DNA from: Alphaproteobacteria bacterium
GTDB lineage: Bacteria; Pseudomonadota; Alphaproteobacteria; Bin95
Direction: 5' to 3'
Assembly (NCBI GenBank): GCA_963665325.3
Contig: CAXXWS020000002.1
Span: forward strand, 544,001-608,000
Length of the DNA stretch: 64,000 bases
Made by a program: the position numbers and the translations under genes. Under the pieces are notes generated by a model that worked only from the letters and a program-made list of their open reading frames with translations, searched no databases and had not been told where the DNA came from. Below, one piece after another: positions 1 to 9,805 of this stretch (its first letter is position 1; the number at the start of each line of letters is the position of its first letter).

Positions 1-189
1 GATTTCGCAAGGGACGCCGCGACCAGCGAAGTCACCGGGCTCATTGCCGCGCTCCTTGTCGCTGCCGGCTTCTGGTGTGCCGAGCATGTCGAGTTGGCCA
101 TTACTGTCGTCTGCATCGGGTTTTCCATCTATGGCCTGGCCCAGGTCTTCTGACCGGCCAGTCCGTCCGACACGCCTCAACCACCGCAT
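1..189 (-). CDS. 5' part of the gene following pilO in the pil operon (PilP-like position); runs off the window
   Basis: ATG at 189-187 overlaps the pilO stop (TGATG). The frame is open to the window edge (MRWLRRVGRTG...). Identity is inferred from position only. Confidence 0.4.
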   Translation of the reverse strand, partial: MRWLRRVGRTGRSEDLGQAIDGKPDADDSNGQLDMLGTPEAGSDKERGNEPGDFAGRGVPCEI

Positions 190-1484
190 CAGCCCGACCT
201 CCCCGTTGTGCGATCCGCCGCCGCGCCCGCCTGCGTCAGCGCGTCGAACTCGCTCTCCAGCATGGTGAACGGCCGCGTCCGCCTGACCCCGAACCGCCAG
301 CCGCCCTCTTCGCTCCAGGAGACCGAGGCGACCTCGACACCCTCCATGGCGGACAGCATCGCCACCGCCTCCCTGAGCGGCCTGCCGGTGCCGAGCACCG
401 CTTCTGCGTCCGCGCCGAACTCCGTGTATTCGATATCGAAGCCGCGAAGCGCCAGCGTCCGGTCCAGAAGGTCCCGGAACTGCGTCGGCTCCAGCGCGTG
501 GCCGGCCTTCGGGTCGTGCCGCTCGAGCACCGAAGGCAGTGCGACAAGCGCAACCGATGCGCCGTTGTCGTCGATGAACGCCTTCGGCCAGCCGCGCAGC
601 ATGTCCCGGGCCATCGGTTCGTAGACGCGCGGGTCGAGGCCTTCCCTGAGCGCCCAGCGGACCTCCAGCACCGGCCGGCCCATCCCGGCGCCCCATGAGG
701 CGCCCGACTCGCTCCCGGCAAACCTCGGATGGCAGACCACGGCGCGGCGGTCGAACCCCGCCATGCGCACCCTGAGCCCGTCCCAGCCCGCCTGGCACGA
801 CCGCAGGAATGCCGGCGTCACCACGACCGCCTCCACCGTCGGCGGCTCCTCCGGTTCCGGCTTCCCGTACCCGGCCAGCTCCAGAATGTCGTCGTAATGC
901 TGCCAGCCCGCATATGCGGCCCCGCCCACGACCAGCAGCAGCGTCGCCGCCCAGGTCGCGGCCTTCGACAGGCTCCCCTTCGGCGCCTCGACCAGGACCG
1001 GCAGGTCCTTCGCGGCGGCAGCAATGCTCGACGGCTCGACGGTCGCGGCTTCCTCGAACAGCGCCGCCAGGCCCGGCGTCGCGAGAATGCGCACGCCCTG
1101 GGTGGCGCCTGTCCCGAGCGCCCTCTGCGCCTCCGCAGCCGACTGAAACACGCCGTCGCCGCCGGGAAGGACCGTGCCGCCCGAACCGCGCACCACCCCG
1201 ACCCGCTTCGGCCCCTCGCCCTCGCCGTCCTCCTCGATGAACGCCGTCCAGGGCGACCTGCCCTCCGGGCGCTTGCGCATATACTCCACGAGCGCGCCCG
1301 CCAGCGGCGCCAGCCCGCCGGGGTTCTCGATATCGCCGAGGAATCCCGTCTGCCCGCCGAGCTCGACCGCCCAGCGATGGCCCCGGTCGCGCGCCGCCTT
1401 CGCCGCCTTGCCCCCGCGCAGGACCTCGCGCTCCCAGTCGAGACCGGCCGCGAAACGGTGACCGCCGACGACAAGTACGCTCAT
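189..1484 (-). CDS. pilO: Type IVB pilus accessory protein, PilO/PilO2-like
   Basis: 431 aa. N-terminal FAAGLDW motif and one central TM segment. Start overlaps the pilN stop; order matches R64-type pilN-pilO. Confidence 0.6.
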   Translation of the reverse strand: MSVLVVGGHRFAAGLDWEREVLRGGKAAKAARDRGHRWAVELGGQTGFLGDIENPGGLAPLAGALVEYMRKRPEGRSPWTAFIEEDGEGEGPKRVGVVRGSGGTVLPGGDGVFQSAAEAQRALGTGATQGVRILATPGLAALFEEAATVEPSSIAAAAKDLPVLVEAPKGSLSKAATWAATLLLVVGGAAYAGWQHYDDILELAGYGKPEPEEPPTVEAVVVTPAFLRSCQAGWDGLRVRMAGFDRRAVVCHPRFAGSESGASWGAGMGRPVLEVRWALREGLDPRVYEPMARDMLRGWPKAFIDDNGASVALVALPSVLERHDPKAGHALEPTQFRDLLDRTLALRGFDIEYTEFGADAEAVLGTGRPLREAVAMLSAMEGVEVASVSWSEEGGWRFGVRRTRPFTMLESEFDALTQAGAAADRTTGRSG

Positions 1485-3266
1485 CCGCCAGCCTCCCGGG
1501 CCGCGCCGGCTGCCGCCGGAGAGACCGCATCCTGGAGGGCCGGGGCCGCCGGGGCCGCATTGCCGCTTTCAACCTTCGCGACAGGCCCGCCGGCGCCCTC
1601 GCCGAGCTGGCGTTCCGTAATGCCGAGCGGCGTCCCGATATCGGCCGTCACCAGCAGCGCCGTCTCGGCGCGGACGATGGCCGCATCCGCGCCGCCTTCG
1701 GGCAGGGGCACCGCCGGATGGAACGTGCCCGACCGCTCGCCAGAGGACGCCCGCTCGCGGAAGCCCGTGAGGAGAAGCGTCTCGCCCCTCGCGATGCGCT
1801 GCGTCACCACGATCGCGCGGCGTCCGGACGCCGGAAGCTGGATCTGGTTGCCAGCCGGCCCGAAAGGCACGATCTCAGGAGCATCCTGGATCGTCGCCGT
1901 AATCCGCGCCAGAACCTCGTCCGGCGCGACGATCCGCGCCACGAAACTCAACCCGAAACCCCACGACACCGTATCGGGCTCCAGTTCGAACGTCCGCAGC
2001 CCTTCCTGAACCGTTGTCGTGATCTTCGCCAGATAGGCTTGGTCGAACAGGTCGTAGAACTGCGCCGGGCGCCCGTTCAGGGTCGGTACGTCCACCGACA
2101 GCACCCGCGAGGCCGTGCCGACCTTGCGGAGCGCATTCACCGTCGCCCGCAGGGACGAGGCACCGATCGATGTCGGCCTCACCACGGAAATCGTGCCGCC
2201 GTCGACGCCGACCACGAAGTTGGACCCAAACACCTCCGGCAGAATGCCCGTCAGACCCACCTCATAGTCCGAGCCCTTGTCGAAGCGCACCGAGTAGACG
2301 TGCACCGACAAGGTCACCGGGCGCAGCACATGCCCGTTCACATGCTCCAGATAGGCCCGCACACGGTCCGCCGCCCGGGGCAGGCCGGTCACCGTCACCG
2401 TCCCGGCCGTCGTCGAAACCGAAACCGCGCCCTCCGGACCCGCCGCCGCAACCGCCTGCGGCCCGATCTCCTGCCAGGGATCGTAGGTCATCTCGGACGA
2501 GATCGATTGCGAGGAAGTGCCGCTCGTCCCCTCGCCGGCGCTCCCGGACGTCGTCGTCGTCACGCCGTATGTTTGCCTCCCCGCCAGTGCGTGGACCTCG
2601 AAGATGCGCGTCTCGGAGCGCACGACCTCGACCAGCGCCGCCTCGTCATCGTACTGCCACCGGTAGCCCGCAGCCTGCGTCCAGGCGTCCAGCAGCCGGT
2701 CAAGCGGACCCGACCACACGCCGGCCTCGCCCGCCAGCTCGTCTGACCAGGACGAGAGCCAGTCCACGCGAACGGTGTCCGTCAGCGTACGAACGGTATC
2801 CGTTACTGCGTCCACGGGTCCGCCCTCGCCGACAGGGGACTGCCAGCGGACGCCGACCAGGCGGACCCCGATCCCGGCCGCATCCGATATCCGCCGCGCC
2901 AGAACCTCGTCACCCGGCTCGTCGCCGAGCGTGACAACGATCCCGGTCTCCGAGCGCAGGTCCTCGGGCAGGAGCGAACGATCCTCCGCCACCGGGCGCA
3001 GCGCCAGATAAGGGTCCCTGGATTGCGTGAGAGAGCGGAAGCCGGGCCTGTCCGGCTCCAGCGAGCCGACCGAACCCAGGCGGGCCTCTACGGACGCCGC
3101 ATCTCGCGCAACCTCATCCTGGTCGAACCAGCCGCAGCCCGGCAGCAGAATTGCCGCCGCGAGGAAGAGCGCCCCGACAGCCCCTCCGGAACCTGACGCG
3201 GCAGCGTTCGAACCGGCCGTAAGTCCTTGTCGAGCGGTAGTTGACAGACCCCCGAATCCCCATCAT
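1481..3266 (-). CDS. pilN: Type IVB pilus lipoprotein secretin (PilN/BfpB family), copy 1, with an apparent 1-nt frameshift in the signal peptide
   Basis: Secretin C-terminal domain (TLNGRPAQF...GETLLLTGF) and Ser/Thr-rich linker. Lipobox LLPGC is in frame upstream of the called GTG (2992). ATGs at 3266/3263 join this frame only if one C of CCCC 3181-3184 is removed. Confidence 0.7.
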
Positions 3267-3303
3267 CCTTCTTCCGAATGCAGTTGCCGGTCGGGTGCTT
3301 TTC

Positions 3304-4020
3304 ATGGACCTGCTGGTGGCGCGGGAGAACACCGAGGGCTTCTATGCCGACCGCAACATGTTCGCAGGCTCGGGCGAGTTCATGGCGACCGAGGATGTCG
3401 GGCTCGCAGTGCGCAAGATCACCCGCAGGGGCTCGGAAAGGATCGCCCGCGCCGCCTTCGCCGCCGCCCGCGACCGGCGGCGCAAGGTGACGGTCGTCCA
3501 CAAGTCGAATGTGCTGAAACACACGGACGGCCTCTTCGAGCGCGTGGCCTACGAGGTCGGCGCCGAGTGGCCCGATGTCGAGGTGGACGATGTGCATGTC
3601 GATGCCGCCGCCGCGCTGCTCGTTCGCGAGCCCGAGCGTTTCGACGTGCTGCTCTGCACCAACATGTTCGGCGACATCCTCTCCAATCTCGCTGCGGAGT
3701 TGTCGGGTGGCCTCGGGCTCGGCGGCTCGATCAATGCGGGCGATGCAGTGGCTGTGGCCCAGGCCGCGCACGGCAGTGCGCCGGACATTGCGGGTAAGGA
3801 CATGGCCAACCCGAGCGCGCTCCTGTTCTCGGCGGCGCAACTGCTCGCATGGAAGGGCGCACGGGAGCAGAACAACTCGCTCATGGAAGCCTCGCGGGTG
3901 CTGGAACGCACCGTCGAGAGGCTGCTTGCCTTGCCCGAAACGCGCACGTTCGACCTCGGCGGCCCGCTCGGCACGCGGGCGTTTGCCGACAGGGTGGTCG
4001 CCGGCATTTCTGACGGATAG
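3304..4020 (+). pseudogene. 3' fragment of an isocitrate/isopropylmalate dehydrogenase family gene, truncated at the element junction
   Basis: Begins abruptly at MDLLVARENTEG. Has HKSNV, NMFGDILS and HGSAPDIAGK motifs. The N-terminal third is absent and replaced by pilN upstream DNA. Confidence 0.8.
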
Positions 4021-4125
4021 CGCGGAAGGCCAGCGGATTCGGCCTGGATCGCCACTCCCGGCCGTTCGGGGGAGGGCCGCCCTTTGCCGCTCTCCGGCAA
4101 GGGCCTGCAGCGGAGCCCCCCGGAG

Positions 4126-4576
4126 AGTGTCATGCAATGTCATGTTTCGTCATGTTTCCCATGTGCAAAACGCGTGTTGGGGGCCCCGTTCCGGCATGAC
4201 GCCATCGCTTCGGCTAGAGGTTCCGGGGGTATTCCGCCTTTTCCGGCGCCTGTCTGTCTTCGGCATAGGTCCTTCCTTTCGATCCGGTTCCACTCCCGCC
4301 GCAGCGCCGTGGCGGGTCCCTTTGTCGCGCGTATCGCGGGCGGGCGGGCGCGCCCGTCGGCGCCGGCGCGGTTCGCGCGCCTGATTGCGCACGCGCGCGA
4401 GGCAAACGCCGGACGCAACTGTCCTGTCCGCTCCCGCCGGAACATTTTTTGCCTCAGCCGCTTTTCCGCCCAAGAAAGCGTAAAGGCGGCCCCGGGAGCC
4501 GCCTCTCTACTCTCATTCTAACATAGATATTTGCTTGTCAATCCTGTTTCGGGAATTATTTCCAAAAAATTCATGA
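4126..4576 (-). repeat. Dispersed non-coding element, copy A
   Basis: A 47-bp core (4344-4390) is 43/47 identical to 22092-22138 (inverted). Shares 10-bp-phased GTCATG boxes and an AT-rich promoter-like end with copy B. Confidence 0.7.
4515..4541 (-). promoter_or_regulatory. Putative sigma70 promoter pointing into repeat copy A
   Basis: Minus strand reads TTGACA-N15-TAGAAT with an extended -10 TG. The spacer is short. Confidence 0.4.
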
Positions 4577-4594
4577 TCGGATAGAGAATACCAT

Positions 4595-5332
4595 TCAATC
4601 CCTTGCTTCTGCCATCGGCGGTCGATGCGCGTCGGCGAAGCCGGAATGCACCCAGCTTATGAAGCTGAAAATGTCATGCACCGGCAGGGCCGTTTCGTTG
4701 CGTACGGCGGCGGCGTAGGGGGCCATGTTGGCGCATTCGAGCACGATGGCGCCGACCTCCGGGCAGCGCGCCTTGAGGCGGCGGGCGGCGGCGATGACAT
4801 CGGCTTCGGCCGCGGCAATGTCGAGCCAGGGCTCATTGCCGATCAGCACGCGGGTGAGCTCGCGCCCGCTTTCGGTGCCCTCGACGGGTGTGTCCGCGCG
4901 TGCGCCGACGGTAGTGAAATGGTCGTCCCAAAGGCTCTCGCGGCTGACCGTGACGACGCCCGTCCGCTTTCCGGGAGGCAACATCCGGTCGAGCGCCGCC
5001 ACCTGCATCAGGGTGGACGAGGCGACCGGCACGCCGGCATGGGCGGCGAGTTCGGACTGGAAGAAGGACAGGAACCCGCAAACCGTGGTGAGGGCCGTGG
5101 CGCCGCGATCCACCAGCCGCCGGGCGGCATCGAGGAAGGCGCCGTCCAGCCCTTCGGCGCGGCGGCGCACCACCCGTTCGGGCGTTGCGCCGCGCACGAT
5201 CTCGTAAAGCACCGGGAACGGCCAGGTATCGCCATTGCCCATGTCGCCCGGGACGCGCGGAAAACGGGCGTCCAGCATGAGGATGCCGAGCGCCGCTCCG
5301 CCGATGGGCGAGCCTCCGACCGCGACCGTCAT
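4595..5332 (-). CDS. Aspartate/glutamate racemase family protein
   Basis: LGILMLDARFPRVPGD, TTVCGFL and LECANM motifs with both catalytic-type Cys. Confidence 0.8.
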   Translation of the reverse strand: MTVAVGGSPIGGAALGILMLDARFPRVPGDMGNGDTWPFPVLYEIVRGATPERVVRRRAEGLDGAFLDAARRLVDRGATALTTVCGFLSFFQSELAAHAGVPVASSTLMQVAALDRMLPPGKRTGVVTVSRESLWDDHFTTVGARADTPVEGTESGRELTRVLIGNEPWLDIAAAEADVIAAARRLKARCPEVGAIVLECANMAPYAAAVRNETALPVHDIFSFISWVHSGFADAHRPPMAEARD

Positions 5333-5970
5333 CGCGGGAAGACCCTGGGGGCAAGGCTGGCGTGGAACCAGGCGAGGAAGCGGGTCCGGTCATAGACGGG
5401 CCGGCCGGTGGCGGCGCGGATATCGGATGCGAATGGGCCCATCTCCGGCTCCTCTAGCAGCCAGGCGGCGATGCCGGGCCGATTGGAAACGGCCCGCTCG
5501 GCAGCGGTGGCGAGGCTGTCCCGCGCGCGCTCCACATCGAGCCTGTCCTGATCCGCCGCCACGGCGTCGGCGAGATAGCCGGGCGCTGCAATCCGGTCAT
5601 TGTCTGCGGAGAAGGCCAGCACGCCGACCTCGGCGCTCGGCGGGAGCATGGCTTCGATGAGGTCCCGTTGCGTCGCCAGTCCGCCCGCATATGGGGCGTC
5701 GAGAGCGTCCGCAAGGTCGAATTCCGCGTTGAAGGCGAGGCCGATGCCTTCCGCGCCCTCGTCCAGCAGGCGTTCCGCGGCGTCCAGAGCCGCTGTCCGG
5801 TCGGTCTGCTCCAGCACCGCATAGCGCACGCTGAAGGGGAAGCTGCTTGCATTGGCCGGGTCGCCCGGCAGCCGCGGAAAGCGCGTCCGGCGCACCAGCA
5901 GCCCGAGCCGCGCACCGTAGAAGCTCCTGCCGCCCGTCGCGACTGTGCTCATGGTCCCATCTATGCCCAT
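5329..5970 (-). CDS. Asp/Glu racemase family paralog lacking the catalytic cysteines
   Basis: LGLLVRRTRFPRLPGD N-terminus parallels the neighbour. The Cys motifs are replaced (IGLAFN, LEEPEM). 4-bp overlap with the downstream gene. Confidence 0.65.
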   Translation of the reverse strand: MGIDGTMSTVATGGRSFYGARLGLLVRRTRFPRLPGDPANASSFPFSVRYAVLEQTDRTAALDAAERLLDEGAEGIGLAFNAEFDLADALDAPYAGGLATQRDLIEAMLPPSAEVGVLAFSADNDRIAAPGYLADAVAADQDRLDVERARDSLATAAERAVSNRPGIAAWLLEEPEMGPFASDIRAATGRPVYDRTRFLAWFHASLAPRVFPR

Positions 5971-6165
5971 CTGACATATCGATTTGTCGAGCCCGAGCTT
6001 ACGAGCCGGCGGCAGCTCATGCTATAGCGGCCAAGGGCGTCCCGAAGACCCGGGAGGGGACGGAATGGTGGCCAATGCTGCCAGGCCGAAGGTGTTGCCC
6101 GGCGACGGCAGACATCCCGGGCGGCGACCGGGAAGTTTCTGCCGAAGGCATGAGCGATGCGGTGA

Positions 6166-7416
6166 TTGCGGCGATGGAGCGGCGCTGTGGCTGAAAACGC
6201 GGATGTCTCGGCGGCGATAGAGCAAGCTTCCGGACGGTCCGCGCGCTTCGACGGGCGGCTCGGCGCGCTCGGCGTGCTGATGCTGCGGAACCTGCTGTTC
6301 TCCATTCTGACGTTCGGCATTTACCGCTTCTGGGGCCGGACGCATGTGCGGCGGTTTGTCTGGCGCCATACGACCGTTCTGGACGATGCGCTGGAATATC
6401 TCGGCACGGGCGGGGAGCTGTTCATCGGCTTCCTGATCGCGGTCGCCGTTCTGTTGCCCGTGTTCGCCGCCTATTCGGTGTTGCAGTTCGTCTTCGCGGA
6501 CGGGTCGCAAGTTGCGCTGATTGCGCTCGAAGTCCTGTATTACCTGGCGCTGTTCTTCCTGATCCAGATCGCCATCCACCGGATGCGCCGCTACCGGCTG
6601 ACGCGGACAGCCTGGCGCGGCGTGCGTTTCGGACTCGGCGGCTCGTCGCTCGCTTATGCCCGCGTGGCGTTCGGTTACGGTCTGCTGACGGCGGCTACCC
6701 TTGGATTTGCCTATCCCTGGCTGCGGGTCGCGACGCTGAAATATTTCGCAAGCCACGCCTATTTCAGGACAGCATCGGTCGCGCTCACGCCGGACGCCCG
6801 CTGGCTGTTCCGACGGTGGCTGGCGGTTGTTGCGCCGCTGACGGCAATTCTTGCTCTCTTTATCGCACTCAACCTGGAAATGTTCGAAAACATTCGCTTC
6901 TTCTTTGAGGAGGGATACGACAGGGCTGGTGGGCGCGCCATGCTCCGCTTGTCATTCTGGCCTCTCTTCATCTATCCGATAGCGCTTCTCGCTTGGATCT
7001 GGTACCGCGTGGTCGAATTCCGGCACATGGTCGGTTGTCTGATCATTGGCGATACCGGATTCGGCTCCTGCGCCCGACCGAAATATGTTTTCTGGCGACT
7101 TCTTATTTTCGTTTTGGCCATGGTCTCGATCGGTGTGCTCGTCGGCGGCTTTGCGGCCTCGATGGCGACCGGTTTGGCAAAGACCGGGGCCGCGCCCGCC
7201 ACTGTGGCCGCTACTGTGATCGTGCCGCTTCTCGCGTTCGTTCTTGTTGCGGGCATCCTCAGAACCCTGCTCCTGGACATCCCGCTGCTGGCCCATGCCT
7301 GCGAGACGCTCGAAATCTCGAACGGCGGGGCGCTGGACGAGGTCGTGCAGTCCTCGGCCGCCGTGCCGAGCTACGGCGAGGGGACGGCCGAGGCGCTGGA
7401 TGTCGGCGGGTTCTGA
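6166..7416 (+). CDS. YjgN/DUF898 family inner membrane protein
   Basis: LTFGIYRFW, LEYLGTGGELF and RYRLTRTAWRGVRF motifs; multiple TM segments; typical pairing with an M48 peptidase. Start uncertain (GTG at about 6187 is possible). Confidence 0.85.
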   Translation: MRRWSGAVAENADVSAAIEQASGRSARFDGRLGALGVLMLRNLLFSILTFGIYRFWGRTHVRRFVWRHTTVLDDALEYLGTGGELFIGFLIAVAVLLPVFAAYSVLQFVFADGSQVALIALEVLYYLALFFLIQIAIHRMRRYRLTRTAWRGVRFGLGGSSLAYARVAFGYGLLTAATLGFAYPWLRVATLKYFASHAYFRTASVALTPDARWLFRRWLAVVAPLTAILALFIALNLEMFENIRFFFEEGYDRAGGRAMLRLSFWPLFIYPIALLAWIWYRVVEFRHMVGCLIIGDTGFGSCARPKYVFWRLLIFVLAMVSIGVLVGGFAASMATGLAKTGAAPATVAATVIVPLLAFVLVAGILRTLLLDIPLLAHACETLEISNGGALDEVVQSSAAVPSYGEGTAEALDVGGF

Positions 7417-7419
7417 CGC

Positions 7420-8550
7420 ATGGCCCGGTATCCGGCGCGGTACTATGACGGGCTGACGGCGCGCTCGCGGGCGGTCGAGATCGAGATTGCGGCAACCGGG
7501 CTTGCGATCTTCGACGAGGCCGGGCCGGTCGTCGGGTCCTGGCCGGGCGAGGGCATACGGCTGGTGGAGAAGCTGCGTGAGGGGGAGCCGGTGCGCCTCG
7601 GCCTCGCCGGCACGACGGCGCGGCTCATCGTGGACGATCCGGGGATCGTCGCCTCGCTCGGCGGGGTGGCGCCGCGCCTCCGGAGCCGGCAGAGGACATC
7701 GGGCAGGGCGGTCGGCCGGATCGCGCTCTGGGCCGTGCTGGCCGCCGGGTCGCTGACCGGCATCGTGCTCGTGCTCATCCCGCTGCTCGCGGCCCAGCTT
7801 GCGGCGGCAACGCCGGAGTCGGCGAAATACCGGCTGGGCCGGGCGGTTCTCGCCCAGGTCGCTGAGTTGCTGCCGGGTCCGGCCGGCCCGGCAAGCCGCC
7901 AGCGCTACTGTTCCTACGAAGATGGGCAGGCGGCACTGCAGCGCCTTGCGGACCGTCTCGCTGCGGACTTGCCGGACCCGCCGACGGTTCGGGTGGTCGT
8001 GGTGAATACCCTTCTGGTCAATGCCTTTGCGCTGCCGGGAGGAATCATGGTCTTCACCCGGGGGCTGCTGGTCCATGCGGGCAGCGCGGAGGAAATCGCG
8101 GGCGTTGCCGCGCACGAACTCGGCCATATCGCGCACGACCATTCGATCCGCGCTCTCTTCCGTTCCTTCGCCGTCTCGCTGCTGATCGGTGTGCTTCTGG
8201 GCGACCTGACCGGCGGCACGCTGGCGGGCGGGCTCGCGGAGTGGCTGGTCAACACCGGCTACTCCCGCGAGGCCGAGCGCGACGCGGACGCCTTTGCGCT
8301 GGCTCGCCTGGAGGCTGCGGGAATCGATACTCAGGGGCTCGCGGATTTCTTCGCCCGCTTGAAGGAACAGGAGAAGGACGAAGGCGGGCTGCTGGCCCGA
8401 ATGCTCTCTACCCACCCGGCCACCGAGGAGCGTTTGGCCCATATCCGCGATGCCGCACGCCCGGGTCTCCGGCCCGCTATGAGCGAAGAGGACTGGACAC
8501 ATGCCCTGAAGGCATGTCTCACGCTTCAAATGACGCCGCCGCTGCCGTAA
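7420..8550 (+). CDS. M48 family zinc metallopeptidase
   Basis: VNAFALPGG, HELGH (HEXXH), YSREAERDAD and STHP motifs. Confidence 0.9.
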   Translation: MARYPARYYDGLTARSRAVEIEIAATGLAIFDEAGPVVGSWPGEGIRLVEKLREGEPVRLGLAGTTARLIVDDPGIVASLGGVAPRLRSRQRTSGRAVGRIALWAVLAAGSLTGIVLVLIPLLAAQLAAATPESAKYRLGRAVLAQVAELLPGPAGPASRQRYCSYEDGQAALQRLADRLAADLPDPPTVRVVVVNTLLVNAFALPGGIMVFTRGLLVHAGSAEEIAGVAAHELGHIAHDHSIRALFRSFAVSLLIGVLLGDLTGGTLAGGLAEWLVNTGYSREAERDADAFALARLEAAGIDTQGLADFFARLKEQEKDEGGLLARMLSTHPATEERLAHIRDAARPGLRPAMSEEDWTHALKACLTLQMTPPLP

Positions 8551-8592
8551 GAAGCGAGCTGTGTGCCGCAGCCGGAAGCGAGGGAGAGGGCA

Positions 8593-9747
8593 ATGCCCGA
8601 ACCGGGTCTGGAGTTCACCTTCGGGATAGAAGAAGAGTTTTTCCTGGTCGATCCGGAAACGCGGGACATCATCGCCGATCCCGACCCCGGAATCATGGAA
8701 CGCTGCGAACGGGAAAGCGGCCCGCATACGGTGGTGCCCGAATTGCTGCGCTCCCAGGTCGAGACCAACACGCGGGTCTGCTCCTCCATTGCGGACCTGC
8801 GCACGGCGCTTGCCGAAACCCGCCGGCTGGTCGTTGAGGCGGCGGAGGCCTACGGCGCCCGCGCCATGGCCGTCTCGACACACCCGTTTGCGGCCTGGCG
8901 GGAGCAGCAGGTCACGCCGAAGGCGCGTTACCAGGAGGCCGAGATCGCATTGCAGGAGGCCGTGCGGCGCTTTCTTGTGGGCGGCATGCACATCCATGCC
9001 GGCTTCGGCGATCCGGACTCCCGCCTGCGCGTCATGACGGCGATCCGCCGCCATCTGCCGCTGTTCATCGCGCTCTCGGCCTCCTCTCCCTTCAATGCCG
9101 GGAGCCACACCGGGTTCAAGTCCTACCGACCCATCATCATCGGCGCCCTGCCTCGCACGGGACTTCCCCGCCCGTTCGCCTCGCAGGCTGAGTTCGACGG
9201 GCTGGTGACGGAATACCGGCGCATCGGCGCCATCGAAGACAGCAGCGAATTGCGCATGGATATCCGTCCTTCCCACGCCTATCCGACGATCGAGCTCAGG
9301 AGCTGCGATATCTGCCCGCGCATGGACGAATCGATGACTCTGGCGGCCCTCTATGCCTCGCTCCTGCGCCGGCTGTTGCGCCAGGACGGGGCGGAGGGGC
9401 TGCCGCCCGAACCGCCGACCGAGATCATCGCCGAGAACTGCTGGCTCGCCCAGCGCTACGGCACGCTGGCCTTCATCGGCGATCTGGAACGCGGCGGGCG
9501 CATCGATATTGCGGATTGTGTCGAGGCGCTGGTGGAGGAGGTCATGGAGGATGCGCGCGCGCTCGGCTGCGAAGAGGAACTCACGCGGGTTTCCCTCATC
9601 CTGCATGACGGCGCCTCGGCGGATCGGCAGCTCGAACGCTACAGCCTCTGCCGCCTGGACGGCGCGGACCACAAGGAAGCGCTGCATGCGGTGGTGGACG
9701 AGGTGCTGGAGGAAACACGCACAGGGACAGGCGGGCCAGCCCGTTGA
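8593..9747 (+). CDS. Carboxylate-amine ligase (glutamate--cysteine ligase 2, YbdK family)
   Basis: FTFGIEEEFFLVD, GGMHIH, SASSPF and TIELRSCD motifs. Alternative start at 8563. Confidence 0.88.
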   Translation: MPEPGLEFTFGIEEEFFLVDPETRDIIADPDPGIMERCERESGPHTVVPELLRSQVETNTRVCSSIADLRTALAETRRLVVEAAEAYGARAMAVSTHPFAAWREQQVTPKARYQEAEIALQEAVRRFLVGGMHIHAGFGDPDSRLRVMTAIRRHLPLFIALSASSPFNAGSHTGFKSYRPIIIGALPRTGLPRPFASQAEFDGLVTEYRRIGAIEDSSELRMDIRPSHAYPTIELRSCDICPRMDESMTLAALYASLLRRLLRQDGAEGLPPEPPTEIIAENCWLAQRYGTLAFIGDLERGGRIDIADCVEALVEEVMEDARALGCEEELTRVSLILHDGASADRQLERYSLCRLDGADHKEALHAVVDEVLEETRTGTGGPAR

Positions 9748-9805
9748 ACGCCCGCGCGAAAAAGCGCAGCCTTCCTGGAATTCCCTGATCGCGGGGCGGC
9801 TTCGG

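Noticed and set aside
3241-3303. TTG start giving a full-length 259-aa dehydrogenase
   Set aside because: These 21 codons are the reverse strand of the pilN leader and do not resemble the family N-terminus.
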